NCBI GenBank assembly: GCA_938034975.1
Contig: CALHNI010000007.1
Span: forward strand, 5,036-69,035
Source: Candidatus Goldiibacteriota bacterium
GTDB lineage: Bacteria > Oederibacteriota > PGYV01 > DYJU01
Direction of reading: 5' to 3'
DNA: 64,000 nt
Position 1 is the stretch's first letter; every line of letters starts with the position of its first letter. Positions 37,076 to 46,744 of the stretch are shown piece by piece. The position numbers and the translations under genes were made by a program. The notes beneath the pieces were generated by a model. That model did not search any database, was not told the DNA's origin, and was given only the letters and a program-made list of their open reading frames with translations.

Positions 37076-37963
37076 ATGGGTGAACATAAAAGTAAAGAGA
37101 AGAATTTATTTATAGCAATAATAATAAATATTTTTATTACAATATTAGAAATTATAGGGGGAATAATAAGCGGTTCTTTGGCCCTTTTATCGGATGCGTT
37201 TCATAATTTTTCTGATGTGGTATCATTGATTATTTCTTATTTTGCAATTTTAATAGGGCAAAAAGAAAAAAATTTTAAAAAGACATTCGGTTATAAAAGA
37301 GCAGAAATAATTGCTGCTTTTTTCAATGTAATTTTGCTTATTATTGCATGCTTTTTTATAATTACAGAAGCAGTAAAAAGATTTAAAAATCCAGAAATTA
37401 TAAACACGCATGTGCTTCTTATTATTGCTATAATTGGATTTGCAGGAAACGGAATTTCAATTTTCATTCTATTTAAAGATTCAGAAAAAAATCTTAATAT
37501 AAAATCTGCTTTTTTACATTTGCTCGGGGATACAATTTCTTCTTTAATTGTAATTGTTGTCTCACTTATTATGCTATTTAAACCATATTTTTGGTTAGAT
37601 TCAGTTTTTTCTATTCTGATAGCGTTATATATTATAAAAGAAAGTTTTTCAATATTAATTAAAACAATAAATATACTTATGCAATCAACCCCCAGGGAAA
37701 TTAATTTAACAAAAATAAAAAAAAGATTATTGTTTGAAAAAAAATTAGGTATACAGGATATACATCATTTACATGTATGGGAATTAACACCAGGCGAAAT
37801 CATTTTTGATTTGCATGTTGTTATAAAAAAGAAAGATCTTTTAAAAGCTGATTATATTATCAATCAGATAAATACTATTTTGTCAAAAGAATTTAAAATT
37901 TGTCATTCTACTATTCAGATTGAAAGCGAAAAAATAAGGCATAGTCCGCAATGCCAGATATGA
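37076..37963 (+). CDS. czcD: Cation diffusion facilitator (CzcD/ZitB-type Zn/Co/Cd efflux)
   Basis: Six TM helices, SLALLSDAFHNFSDV and HLLGDTISS motifs, and a C-terminal cytoplasmic domain. Confidence 0.85.
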   Translation: MGEHKSKEKNLFIAIIINIFITILEIIGGIISGSLALLSDAFHNFSDVVSLIISYFAILIGQKEKNFKKTFGYKRAEIIAAFFNVILLIIACFFIITEAVKRFKNPEIINTHVLLIIAIIGFAGNGISIFILFKDSEKNLNIKSAFLHLLGDTISSLIVIVVSLIMLFKPYFWLDSVFSILIALYIIKESFSILIKTINILMQSTPREINLTKIKKRLLFEKKLGIQDIHHLHVWELTPGEIIFDLHVVIKKKDLLKADYIINQINTILSKEFKICHSTIQIESEKIRHSPQCQI

Positions 37964-37965
37964 GA

Positions 37966-37999
37966 CCGTAAAAACGCAATTTTTAATGAGTTTTTACGG
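37966..37999. repeat. Solo hairpin-2 palindrome
   Basis: CCGTAAAAACGCAATTTTTAATGAGTTTTTACGG begins 3 nt after the czcD stop and ends 13 nt before a TTGACA box. Confidence 0.75.
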
Positions 38000-38012
38000 A
38001 TTATAAAAAAAC

Positions 38013-38041
38013 TTGACAAAATTTATATGATTATATATACT
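38013..38041 (+). promoter_or_regulatory. Sigma70-like promoter of the mini-ORF transcript
   Basis: TTGACA - 17 nt - TATACT. Confidence 0.6.
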
Positions 38042-38132
38042 ATATATAGAATAAATAGAAAACCCTATATACAATATAATGTGTGTTTGGTTTTGCAAAA
38101 GGGGAATTTAAAAGAAAGAAAGGAGGGACAAT

Positions 38133-38168
38133 ATGGCTAAAAAGAAAAAAGCAAAAAAGAAAAAATAA
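38133..38168 (+). CDS. Candidate 11-codon poly-lysine mini-ORF (MAKKKKAKKKK)
   Basis: AGGAGGG lies 6 nt upstream of the ATG. The unit has its own promoter (38013) and its own intrinsic terminator (38190-38235). Confidence 0.4.
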   Translation: MAKKKKAKKKK

Positions 38169-38189
38169 GTTAGATTTTTAATTTTTAAG

Positions 38190-38235
38190 AAACAACATAG
38201 TATTATTAAATAATGATACTATGTTGTTTTTTTTC
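38190..38235 (+). terminator. Rho-independent terminator
   Basis: AACAACATAGTA - 14 nt loop - TACTATGTTGTT followed by a T-run. Confidence 0.75.
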
Positions 38236-38312
38236 TTTTATTTATTTAAATTAAAATGTATAATAAACTAAAAATAGCAGTTTATATAAATAAATTTTAA
38301 AGTATGAAAATA

Positions 38313-38500
38313 CCTGAAAATTGTAAATTGTAATAGGAAATTGCGATTTTCAGGAGAAAAAATAAAAAATATTATTAAAGAGATAAAATATTTAAAAGAA
38401 CATTTGAGTTTTATTTAAAAAAATGTAAATAAAATAAAAGCAATGAATTATAAATATTTCATTTTTCTGTAAAAAATGCGTTTTCTAACGCTTTTTACGG
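38313..38500 (+). repeat. Two-hairpin intergenic repeat, full copy (C)
   Basis: Hairpin-1 is CCTGAAAATTGTAA..ATTGCGATTTTCAGG followed by AGAAAAAATAAAA. Hairpin-2 is CTGTAAAAAATGCGTTTTCTAACGCTTTTTACGG at 38467-38500, 24 nt before the ftsK ATG. Confidence 0.85.
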
Positions 38501-38524
38501 AAATATTTAAGGTATATAAATAAA

Positions 38525-40840
38525 ATGGCAAAAAAAGAAAAAAAACAGGAAAGAAATGTTTTAATAGGAATTTTTCTGCTGATAGTTGCATTATTGATAT
38601 TACTTTCTTTTATTTATATCAATAATAAAAATATGTTAGGTCCTGCCGGAGAACTGATTTCAAGGTTGCTTTATCTTTTAATTGGGGAAGGCGCATATAT
38701 TATTCCTTTTTTACTTGGCTTTTATGGTATAAATGCAATTAGAAAGGATGATAAATATAATAATGCTAAAATAATAGTTGGGTTGATTGTGCTTATTATT
38801 ACAATATGTGTTTTTATATCTCTTGTTTTTTATAATTTTCCTCAGTTTGAAAAAGGAAAAGTAAATGAATTTTACACAAAAGGATTTAAAAAATTCTGGG
38901 AAAAAATTCCAAAAGAATTACAGATAATGGATAAATATAAATTTTACCATGGTGGAAGTATTGGCAGTTTTATTACCCAGCATCTTGTTTCCTGGGTAAA
39001 TATAATTGGGGCTTATATAATAAATTTTATAATTTTTATGTTTGCAATTGTGCTTATTGGCAAAGAAAAAATTATAATAGATATATGGAAATTTATAGCG
39101 GATTTTATAGTAAATATATTAAAATTTTTGTTTAAATTATTTAAAGACATATTTTTTATATTAAAAGATTTTTTTATTAAACTTTTTGAGAATTTAAAAA
39201 AGAAAAATGAAAAAAAGATAAATATAATAAAAACAGAAGCCAAACCCAAAATAACAGTTGAAAAATTAAAGGAACAAAATATATCAGAATTAGAAAAAGA
39301 AAAATTTAAAAGAGAACCCGAAAAAAAAGAAAAAGTAAATATAATAACATCTGAATCTCCTGAAAAAAAGCGAACGCCGGTTTTAAGAACTTTAACAAAA
39401 GGCGATTTTGATTTGCCACCAACTTCCTTATTAAAAGAAAGTGAAGGGACGACACAAAAGGTAAATTATGTTGAAGATGCTGAAAAATTAAAAAAGACAT
39501 TAAATGACTTTGGTATTGAGTGTGAGGTTGTAAATGTTGTGGATGGACCTGTCATATCAAGGTTTGAAGTTGAACTTGCAACAGGAGTTAAAGTAAGCAA
39601 TGTTGAGAATTTATCAGCTGATATAGCGCTTGCAATGAAGGTAGAGCATGTAAGAATTGCGCCTGTTCCTGATAAGGCTTTGCTTGGAATTGAGGTTCCA
39701 AAAAGAGAAAGAAAAATTATATGTTTAAAAGAACTCATAGAAGATGAAGAATTTCAGAGTTCGCAAAATGTTTTAACTATTGCATTAGGAAGGGATTTAG
39801 GCGGTAAAGCAATAATTGCTGACCTTTCTAAAATGCCACACCTTTTAATTGCAGGAGCAACAGGTTCCGGAAAAAGTGTATGTGTAAACTCAATAATAAT
39901 GAGTTTGCTTTTTAAAGCAACTCCTGATGAGGTTAAATTTATTCTTGTTGACCCGAAAAGAGTAGAACTAATCCATTATAATGATCTTCCGCATCTTTTA
40001 ACCCCAGTTATTACAGACGCCAAAATAGCAGCAGTTGCATTAAAAAGGTTAATAAGTGAGATGGACAACAGATATGAAATACTTGCAGAAGAAGGCGCTC
40101 AAAATATAGAAATTTATAATAAAATGGTTAAAGAATATAATGACGAAATAAAAAATGAAAAAGATGTAAGAGAAGAAGAATTAAAAAAGCATATGCCTTA
40201 TATCGTTCTTATAATTGATGAACTTGCCGATCTTATGATTTTATCAAAAGGTAGTGTTGAAGAATCTCTTCGCAGATTAGCCCAGTTAGCAAGAGCAGTT
40301 GGAATTCATTTAATACTTGCTACACAGAGACCTTCGGTTGATGTAATAACAGGAGTTATAAAAGCAAATTTTCCAACAAGAATTGCGTTTCAGGTTATGT
40401 CGCAGGTTGATTCAAGGACAATACTTGATACAAAAGGTGCAGAAACTTTGCTTGGCAGAGGAGATATGCTTTATGCACCGTATGATTTAAATAAACCGGT
40501 AAGAGGGCAGGCAGCACTTGTAACTGCACCGGAAATATCAAAAGTTGTTCAGTTTATAAAAAAACAAAGAAAACCTGATTATTCGCCGGAATTTGATTTT
40601 AAAGAAGAAGAAGAATTTAATAATATTGATTCTGATGGTTTGGATGATGATGCTGAAATTTTTGAAAAAGCTGTAAGGATAGCAAGAGAAAAAGGAGAGA
40701 TATCAACTTCTTATTTACAGAGAAAATTACGTATAGGTTATTCAAAAGCAGCAAGATTGATAGATGAAATGGAAGAAAAAGGGATTGTAACTGCACCTGA
40801 CGGTAATAAACCAAGAAAATATATAGGAGAAGATAAATAA
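38525..40840 (+). CDS. ftsK: DNA translocase FtsK
   Basis: N-terminal TM helices, a K/E-rich linker, the motor domain (PHLLIAGATGSGKSV Walker A, IDELADL Walker B) and a C-terminal gamma winged helix (YLQRKLRIGYSKAARLIDEME). Confidence 0.95.
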   Translation: MAKKEKKQERNVLIGIFLLIVALLILLSFIYINNKNMLGPAGELISRLLYLLIGEGAYIIPFLLGFYGINAIRKDDKYNNAKIIVGLIVLIITICVFISLVFYNFPQFEKGKVNEFYTKGFKKFWEKIPKELQIMDKYKFYHGGSIGSFITQHLVSWVNIIGAYIINFIIFMFAIVLIGKEKIIIDIWKFIADFIVNILKFLFKLFKDIFFILKDFFIKLFENLKKKNEKKINIIKTEAKPKITVEKLKEQNISELEKEKFKREPEKKEKVNIITSESPEKKRTPVLRTLTKGDFDLPPTSLLKESEGTTQKVNYVEDAEKLKKTLNDFGIECEVVNVVDGPVISRFEVELATGVKVSNVENLSADIALAMKVEHVRIAPVPDKALLGIEVPKRERKIICLKELIEDEEFQSSQNVLTIALGRDLGGKAIIADLSKMPHLLIAGATGSGKSVCVNSIIMSLLFKATPDEVKFILVDPKRVELIHYNDLPHLLTPVITDAKIAAVALKRLISEMDNRYEILAEEGAQNIEIYNKMVKEYNDEIKNEKDVREEELKKHMPYIVLIIDELADLMILSKGSVEESLRRLAQLARAVGIHLILATQRPSVDVITGVIKANFPTRIAFQVMSQVDSRTILDTKGAETLLGRGDMLYAPYDLNKPVRGQAALVTAPEISKVVQFIKKQRKPDYSPEFDFKEEEEFNNIDSDGLDDDAEIFEKAVRIAREKGEISTSYLQRKLRIGYSKAARLIDEMEEKGIVTAPDGNKPRKYIGEDK

Positions 40841-41733
40841 TGAATAAAAAAATATTTCTTTGCATGTTTATTTGTTTTATTTTTGTTTTTTCATGTTTTT
40901 CAACGATAACTATTGATAATAATAATGGTTCAAAAGACGAAGAAATAATTATTAAAAATACTGATGTGAATAGATCTGATAAGGAATTAAAGATAGAAGA
41001 ACCGGAAAAAATAACAAAAGAAGTTAAAGAAGAAAAAAAATCCATAAAAAAATCTGTGATAAAAAAAGATCAGGATAATTCTTTAAAAAAACAAACGCTA
41101 AAAAAAGACAGCAATGGTTTAAAAGATTTACTTGAAAGAATAAAACAAGCACAAAAGGAAAGGATAGCAATGAAAGCAAATTTAAAAATTACTACGTCAT
41201 ATATTGATGTTAATAATAAACAGGAAGTAAAAGGCACAATGCTTATAAAAAAACCTGATAAATTTTTTGTTCACTATAAAGAACCATCAGAACAAAAACT
41301 TATATCAAATGGAGAAAATTTATGGATATATACCCCTGATTTAAAACAGGTTATAAAACAAAATATAAAGCAAGCCAATTTAAATACACATTTTTATATT
41401 GAGTTTGAAACATCCATTGATTATTTTTCAAAAAATAGTAAAAATACTTTGACTGAGACCGCGGAGCATTATATTATAAAGATGGTTCCGCTTAAAAATA
41501 AAAATATAGATTTTGATGAAATTATATCTAAAATAAATAAAAAAACACTTGTGCCTGAAAGTATGAGCATGAAATTTGCAAATACTGTAATTGAGGTGGA
41601 ATTTTCAGATATAAATATATATGGGAAAAATGAGATATTAAAATTAAATGAATTTAACGATAAAAATTTTGAATTTGTTTTACCTGAAGGTATTGAAGAA
41701 ATAGAAGCCTCATCCTTATTAAAGGCAGAATAA
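40840..41733 (+). CDS. lolA: LolA-like outer-membrane lipoprotein carrier/sorting protein with K/E-rich N-extension
   Basis: KGTMLIKKPDKFFVHYKEPSEQKLISNGENLWIYTPDLKQV matches the LolA fold signature. The ftsK-lolA adjacency is conserved in proteobacteria. Confidence 0.7.
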   Translation: MNKKIFLCMFICFIFVFSCFSTITIDNNNGSKDEEIIIKNTDVNRSDKELKIEEPEKITKEVKEEKKSIKKSVIKKDQDNSLKKQTLKKDSNGLKDLLERIKQAQKERIAMKANLKITTSYIDVNNKQEVKGTMLIKKPDKFFVHYKEPSEQKLISNGENLWIYTPDLKQVIKQNIKQANLNTHFYIEFETSIDYFSKNSKNTLTETAEHYIIKMVPLKNKNIDFDEIISKINKKTLVPESMSMKFANTVIEVEFSDINIYGKNEILKLNEFNDKNFEFVLPEGIEEIEASSLLKAE

Positions 41734-41753
41734 ATTTTTTAAGGAGTTAAAAG

Positions 41754-44700
41754 ATGGTGAAAAAGAAAAATGATGCAAAAATACTTTTTCTTCTTTTTCT
41801 TATAATTTTAGTTGCAATGTTTATGCGGCTTTATCAGCCGGATTGGTATAATGACAGGCAGTTTCATCCTGATGAAAGATGGATAATAAGCCATGCTGTG
41901 CCACAGATTAAACACTGGGGAGACAAACCCATTGGTCTTCAATATGGTTCGTTGCCTATTTATATATTGCATGTTCAAAGGAGTATTGTTTTCTGGATAA
42001 ACAGACATATACCTATAAGGGACATGAATGCTGCAACAATTGGCGGAGCAAGGGTGATTTCCGGGCTTTTAGATACAGGGACAATAATTTTTATATTTCT
42101 TATAGCAAGATTACTTTTTGGTTCTGGTATTGCATTACTTTCTTCATTTTTACTTGCTTTTACAGTGCTTCATATTCATGCGGCACATTTTTATACTGTG
42201 GATACATTTGTTACTTTTTTTATAGCGGGCTGTGTTTATTTTTCAGCTAGAATTTATAAATTTGGTGATTTAAAGGATTATGTGTTATCAGGTGTTTTTT
42301 ATGGGGCTGCCCTCGCATCAAAAACAGCTGCGTTGCCGGTTTTTCTTGTTATATTAACTGCGCATTTTCTTTACTTTTTTTCAATAAAAGGAAAAACTAA
42401 AACGGCAAAAGAAAAAAGAGTTCAGGCATTTTTAAATTTAGGTTCAGCAATAACAGTAACAGCAATTGCGTTTTTTATTTTTATGCCACATGCTATTTTA
42501 AATTTTAATCAGTTTATGCGTGACCAGAATTATCAAAAAAGTATTCTTGTCACAGGTGAAGGAGATGTTCCTTATAACAGGCAGTATTTAAAAACAACCC
42601 CGTATCTTTATTATATAAAAAATCTTGTTCTTTATACAATGGGCATTCCTTATGGATTGCTTGCTTTTTTTGCTTTTGGGTTTTATCTTATATTGCTTTT
42701 TAAAAAAATAAAAGAAGGAAAAATGCCTGATGCCGGACTTATTATAGTGTTTTCATTTATTTTTCCTTATTTCCTTATAGTTGGGGCTTCTTTTGGAAAA
42801 TTCAACAGGTATATGTTGCCTTTGACACCATTTTTAGCAATTATAACTGCCAAAATAATATATGACATTTATGGGTGGGTTAAAGAGAAAAAATATGTGA
42901 TTTTATTAAAGTATATTATAATTTTGAGTGTAATTTTTTATAGTTTTTCATTTATGAATGTTTATTTTACTTCACATCCGTGGATACAGGCATCAAGATG
43001 GATTTATGCAAATATTCCTGAGATAAAGCCCGGTTCTTCACCACCACAGAGAACAACAATATTAAATGAAATGTGGGGAGATGATTTGCCTGTTTATGCT
43101 GATGGTAAACACATAGGAATTTATAATAATATAAAATGGAACTTACAGGAACCGGACTCTCCAAGAAAAATAGATGAGTTATCTTCTTCGCTTGCACAAA
43201 CCGATTATGTGATTATGGCAGACAAAAGAGCATACGGGACTTATCAGAGAATACCGGAACGGTATCCTATAAATTATTTTTACTATAAAACAATGCTTAC
43301 CGAACCTGAAAAATTGGGATTTAAAAAAATTTATGAATGCGCTGTGTATCCTTCATTGTTTGGAATAAAAATTAAAGATGATAATGCTGATGAAAGTTTT
43401 CAGTTATATGATCATCCACATGTTTATATATTTAAAAATGAACTTTATTTAACTTCCCAGCAACTAAAGGAAATTATTATTAATGGTGAAAAAAATGTAA
43501 GGCAAAAATTTGCAGTTAAAAAAGGGTATGGCAATCCGAATTTAGGCCTTAAAAAAGATAAAGTAATTGCAATTTTACCTTCTTTTTCAATATTTTTGTG
43601 GTATTTGCTTGTGCAGATACTTTCTATTTTGGTTTTTCCTTTGCATTATTTAAGTTTAAAGAATATAAATGATAAAGGGTATGGATTTTCAAAAATAACA
43701 GGTATTTTTTTATTTGCCTATATAAACTGGATATTGGTTTCTTTTAATATTATCAAATTTACACAGGTTAATTTATTGGTTTTATTAATTATTTTATCAG
43801 CAGTGAGTTTGTTTTATTATTATAAAAACAAAAAAGAGTATTTTAATTTTTATAAACAGAACAGCAAACATATACTTTTTACAGAAATAGTATTTTTATC
43901 CTGTTATTTATTTTTCATTTTTATTAAATTTTATTGCCCGGATATACACAATATAAAAGACCATGGTTATAACGGTGGTGGAGAACCCATGGGTATGGCT
44001 TATTTATCCGCAATATATAATGACGTCAAATTTCCGCCACATGATCCCTGGTTGGCAGGTTTTACCCTGAATTATTATTACTGGGGACAGTTAATGCTTG
44101 CAACAATTTCAAAGTTATTAGGTTATGCACCGTCGCTCACATATAATTTTTCTCTTGCCTTACTTTTTGCACTTGCTTTTGTTTCAGCATGGACCCTTGT
44201 TTATAATTTGACAGGTAAATATAAATATGCTTTGTTTGGAGGTTCACTTTTGGCACTTGCCGGAAATTTTCATACTCTCAATTTTATTTATGAAAACATT
44301 ATTAATTCAGGCGGAAATATCCAGAGAATTTTAGATGGGATTTTCAGATTTCAGTTTATCTGGGACCCTACAAGAATATATCCAAGTCCAGTAATAACAG
44401 AAGTTCCATTTTTCAGTTATTTATACGGTGATTTACACGCTCATAATATAGTAATACCGGTTGCTGTTTTGGGGCTTGCTTTTCTTTATAATTTAATAAA
44501 AAGAGAAAGTAAAACCTCGGATATAACATCTTATTTAGGCGATAATAAAAAGGAAAAATTTTTGAATTTATTTTTTATCTCCATTATTCTTGGTGCCATG
44601 CTGCCAATGAATACATGGAATTTTCCAGCACAACTTATTTTAACCTGGTTTGTATTACTTACACTTGTCTATTTTGTATTGAAAAATTTGTTTAAAAAGA

Positions 44701-46145
44701 AAGTAAAAACAGCAGAAGTTATAAAAAAATCAACACCTGTTATTATCTGGTTTTTTATTACAGGTATTTTATTAACAGCAGTTGCATACATCTTATTTTT
44801 GCCTTTCCATTTTAATTTTTTATCTCCTTATAAGGCAATACCAAAACTCATTTCAAAGATGGAAAGGGTTTCTGTATTTGTTATGTTTAAATATTTTTCA
44901 ATATTTTTCTTTGTAATTTTTGTGTATGTTTTATTTGTTTTAAATAAAGGATTTGAAGTATTTTATAAAAAAAGCGGTATTTCAAAAGTTAAATGGGTTG
45001 ATATTGGTAAATTTGAAAAAAATATTTTAAAAGTAACAGATAAAATTTTTAATAACAGGGATTTAACTGTAAAATTTATTTTAACTTTCACAGTGATTTT
45101 GCTTGCTATATTGATTGCAGTATTTTGGCAACCAACCTTTGCATATCTTTTTATAATGATTATTATTTTTCTTTTTGGAATTTTAAAAAGCAAAGATAAA
45201 AATGAAATTTTTTCACTGGTCTTACTTTTAATATCTGCTGGAATAATTTGGGGAACCGAAATTTATTTTATGGGTGATGGCAGAATGAACACGGTTTTTA
45301 AATTTTATATGGTCGTATGGACCTTTATTTCAATTGCTGTCCCTTATATTTTGTTTAAAACCATAGAAGAAAATAAAAAATATTTTGTTTTTAAAACAAA
45401 TGAAATTGAAGGGAACAAAAAAATTATAATTGGGGTTGTCATCGGTTTGCTTTTCATTTTTTATTATCTGCAATATATTGACATGAAAAATGGAACAGGT
45501 TATATGCAAAGTTTATATATTATATTGATTCTTTTTGCGTCTTTGTTTGTTTTTGTATTAAAAGATAAAATCGGGAAAATAATATTCTGGAGTTGTTTTA
45601 TTTTTATATTGATACCTGCTTTGCTTTATCCTTTTTTATCCGCGTTTACAAAAATGAAACTGTGCAGCAATAATTTTAAACAGGAAATAAGAATAGATGG
45701 GATTAAATATATGGAAAAAATGGAGAAAAGACCTGGCTCAATTTATGATTTTGATAAATACGATTACGGAGCAATAAAATGGATAAATGAAAATATGGAA
45801 ACAATAGAACCTATAGTTGAAGCACCTGGAGAAAGGATGTATACAGGGCTTTCGCGGATTTCAATTTTTACAGGCATGCCTACAATTGTTGGCTGGGCAT
45901 ACCAGGTAGGACAGCAAAGTGGCAGGCATAGTGAAATTAATGAAGCGAATTTTTTTGTAAATAAAATTTATACATCTACTGATGACGAAGAAACTAAAAA
46001 CCTTTTAAAAGAAAAAAATATAAAATATGTTTATTTAGGAACAATTGAAAAAAATTTGTATCCGTTAGCACAAGAAAAGTTTGAAAGAATAGGACAACCT
46101 GTTTATCAAAATGAAGGTGCTGTTTTATATAAAATAAATTATTAA
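41754..46145 (+). CDS. Giant polytopic membrane protein: GT-C (PMT_2/ArnT-like) glycosyltransferase region + DUF2298 (Chlor_Arch_YYY) region
   Basis: 1463 aa with more than 25 predicted TM helices. The HPDERW first-loop acidic motif is typical of GT-C. The LNYYYWGQ YYY motif lies in the C-terminal half. Confidence 0.7.
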   Translation: MVKKKNDAKILFLLFLIILVAMFMRLYQPDWYNDRQFHPDERWIISHAVPQIKHWGDKPIGLQYGSLPIYILHVQRSIVFWINRHIPIRDMNAATIGGARVISGLLDTGTIIFIFLIARLLFGSGIALLSSFLLAFTVLHIHAAHFYTVDTFVTFFIAGCVYFSARIYKFGDLKDYVLSGVFYGAALASKTAALPVFLVILTAHFLYFFSIKGKTKTAKEKRVQAFLNLGSAITVTAIAFFIFMPHAILNFNQFMRDQNYQKSILVTGEGDVPYNRQYLKTTPYLYYIKNLVLYTMGIPYGLLAFFAFGFYLILLFKKIKEGKMPDAGLIIVFSFIFPYFLIVGASFGKFNRYMLPLTPFLAIITAKIIYDIYGWVKEKKYVILLKYIIILSVIFYSFSFMNVYFTSHPWIQASRWIYANIPEIKPGSSPPQRTTILNEMWGDDLPVYADGKHIGIYNNIKWNLQEPDSPRKIDELSSSLAQTDYVIMADKRAYGTYQRIPERYPINYFYYKTMLTEPEKLGFKKIYECAVYPSLFGIKIKDDNADESFQLYDHPHVYIFKNELYLTSQQLKEIIINGEKNVRQKFAVKKGYGNPNLGLKKDKVIAILPSFSIFLWYLLVQILSILVFPLHYLSLKNINDKGYGFSKITGIFLFAYINWILVSFNIIKFTQVNLLVLLIILSAVSLFYYYKNKKEYFNFYKQNSKHILFTEIVFLSCYLFFIFIKFYCPDIHNIKDHGYNGGGEPMGMAYLSAIYNDVKFPPHDPWLAGFTLNYYYWGQLMLATISKLLGYAPSLTYNFSLALLFALAFVSAWTLVYNLTGKYKYALFGGSLLALAGNFHTLNFIYENIINSGGNIQRILDGIFRFQFIWDPTRIYPSPVITEVPFFSYLYGDLHAHNIVIPVAVLGLAFLYNLIKRESKTSDITSYLGDNKKEKFLNLFFISIILGAMLPMNTWNFPAQLILTWFVLLTLVYFVLKNLFKKKVKTAEVIKKSTPVIIWFFITGILLTAVAYILFLPFHFNFLSPYKAIPKLISKMERVSVFVMFKYFSIFFFVIFVYVLFVLNKGFEVFYKKSGISKVKWVDIGKFEKNILKVTDKIFNNRDLTVKFILTFTVILLAILIAVFWQPTFAYLFIMIIIFLFGILKSKDKNEIFSLVLLLISAGIIWGTEIYFMGDGRMNTVFKFYMVVWTFISIAVPYILFKTIEENKKYFVFKTNEIEGNKKIIIGVVIGLLFIFYYLQYIDMKNGTGYMQSLYIILILFASLFVFVLKDKIGKIIFWSCFIFILIPALLYPFLSAFTKMKLCSNNFKQEIRIDGIKYMEKMEKRPGSIYDFDKYDYGAIKWINENMETIEPIVEAPGERMYTGLSRISIFTGMPTIVGWAYQVGQQSGRHSEINEANFFVNKIYTSTDDEETKNLLKEKNIKYVYLGTIEKNLYPLAQEKFERIGQPVYQNEGAVLYKINY

Positions 46146-46147
46146 AA

Positions 46148-46744
46148 ATGCTAAAAATTTTTTCTGAAATAAAAGAGCAGATTATATCTTTTGACGTTGC
46201 TATTTTAAAATTTATAAATATAAAACTTTATAATGAATATATTGCAAAAATTATAAAATTTGCTTCAAATGATATTTTTCTTTTAATTGTTGTATTTTCT
46301 GGTTTGGTTGTGTTCTTTTTAAGAAAAAAGATTAAATACGCAGATAAGATAAATTTGATGCTCGCTTTGTGGGGTTTAATTTTAGTTAACCTTACAAACA
46401 CCTTTATTTTAAAACCTATTTTTAAAAGACCAAGACCTTCTGCTGTTTTTTCTGATGTGATACTTTTAGCTGAATTAAAAAAATTAGGTTATGCTTTTCC
46501 TTCTACCCATTCTGCTATGTTTACTTTTTTTGTTTTAATTTTATGGAAGGACTATACTGACATCAGAACTTTTTTGATTTTGCTTTTATTATCAATTTGT
46601 TTTTTTTGTGTTTATACAGGTGGCCATTATCCGTCGGATGTAATAGCTGGAGTAATTTTAGGATGGATATTTTTTATTATTTTTGATAAATTCAAAAAAA
46701 TTTTATTAAATACGGAGAATAAAAAAAGTGAAAAGCAAAATTAA
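46148..46744 (+). CDS. PAP2-family lipid phosphate phosphatase
   Basis: KRPRP, PSTHS and GGHYPSDV motifs. Confidence 0.85.
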   Translation: MLKIFSEIKEQIISFDVAILKFINIKLYNEYIAKIIKFASNDIFLLIVVFSGLVVFFLRKKIKYADKINLMLALWGLILVNLTNTFILKPIFKRPRPSAVFSDVILLAELKKLGYAFPSTHSAMFTFFVLILWKDYTDIRTFLILLLLSICFFCVYTGGHYPSDVIAGVILGWIFFIIFDKFKKILLNTENKKSEKQN

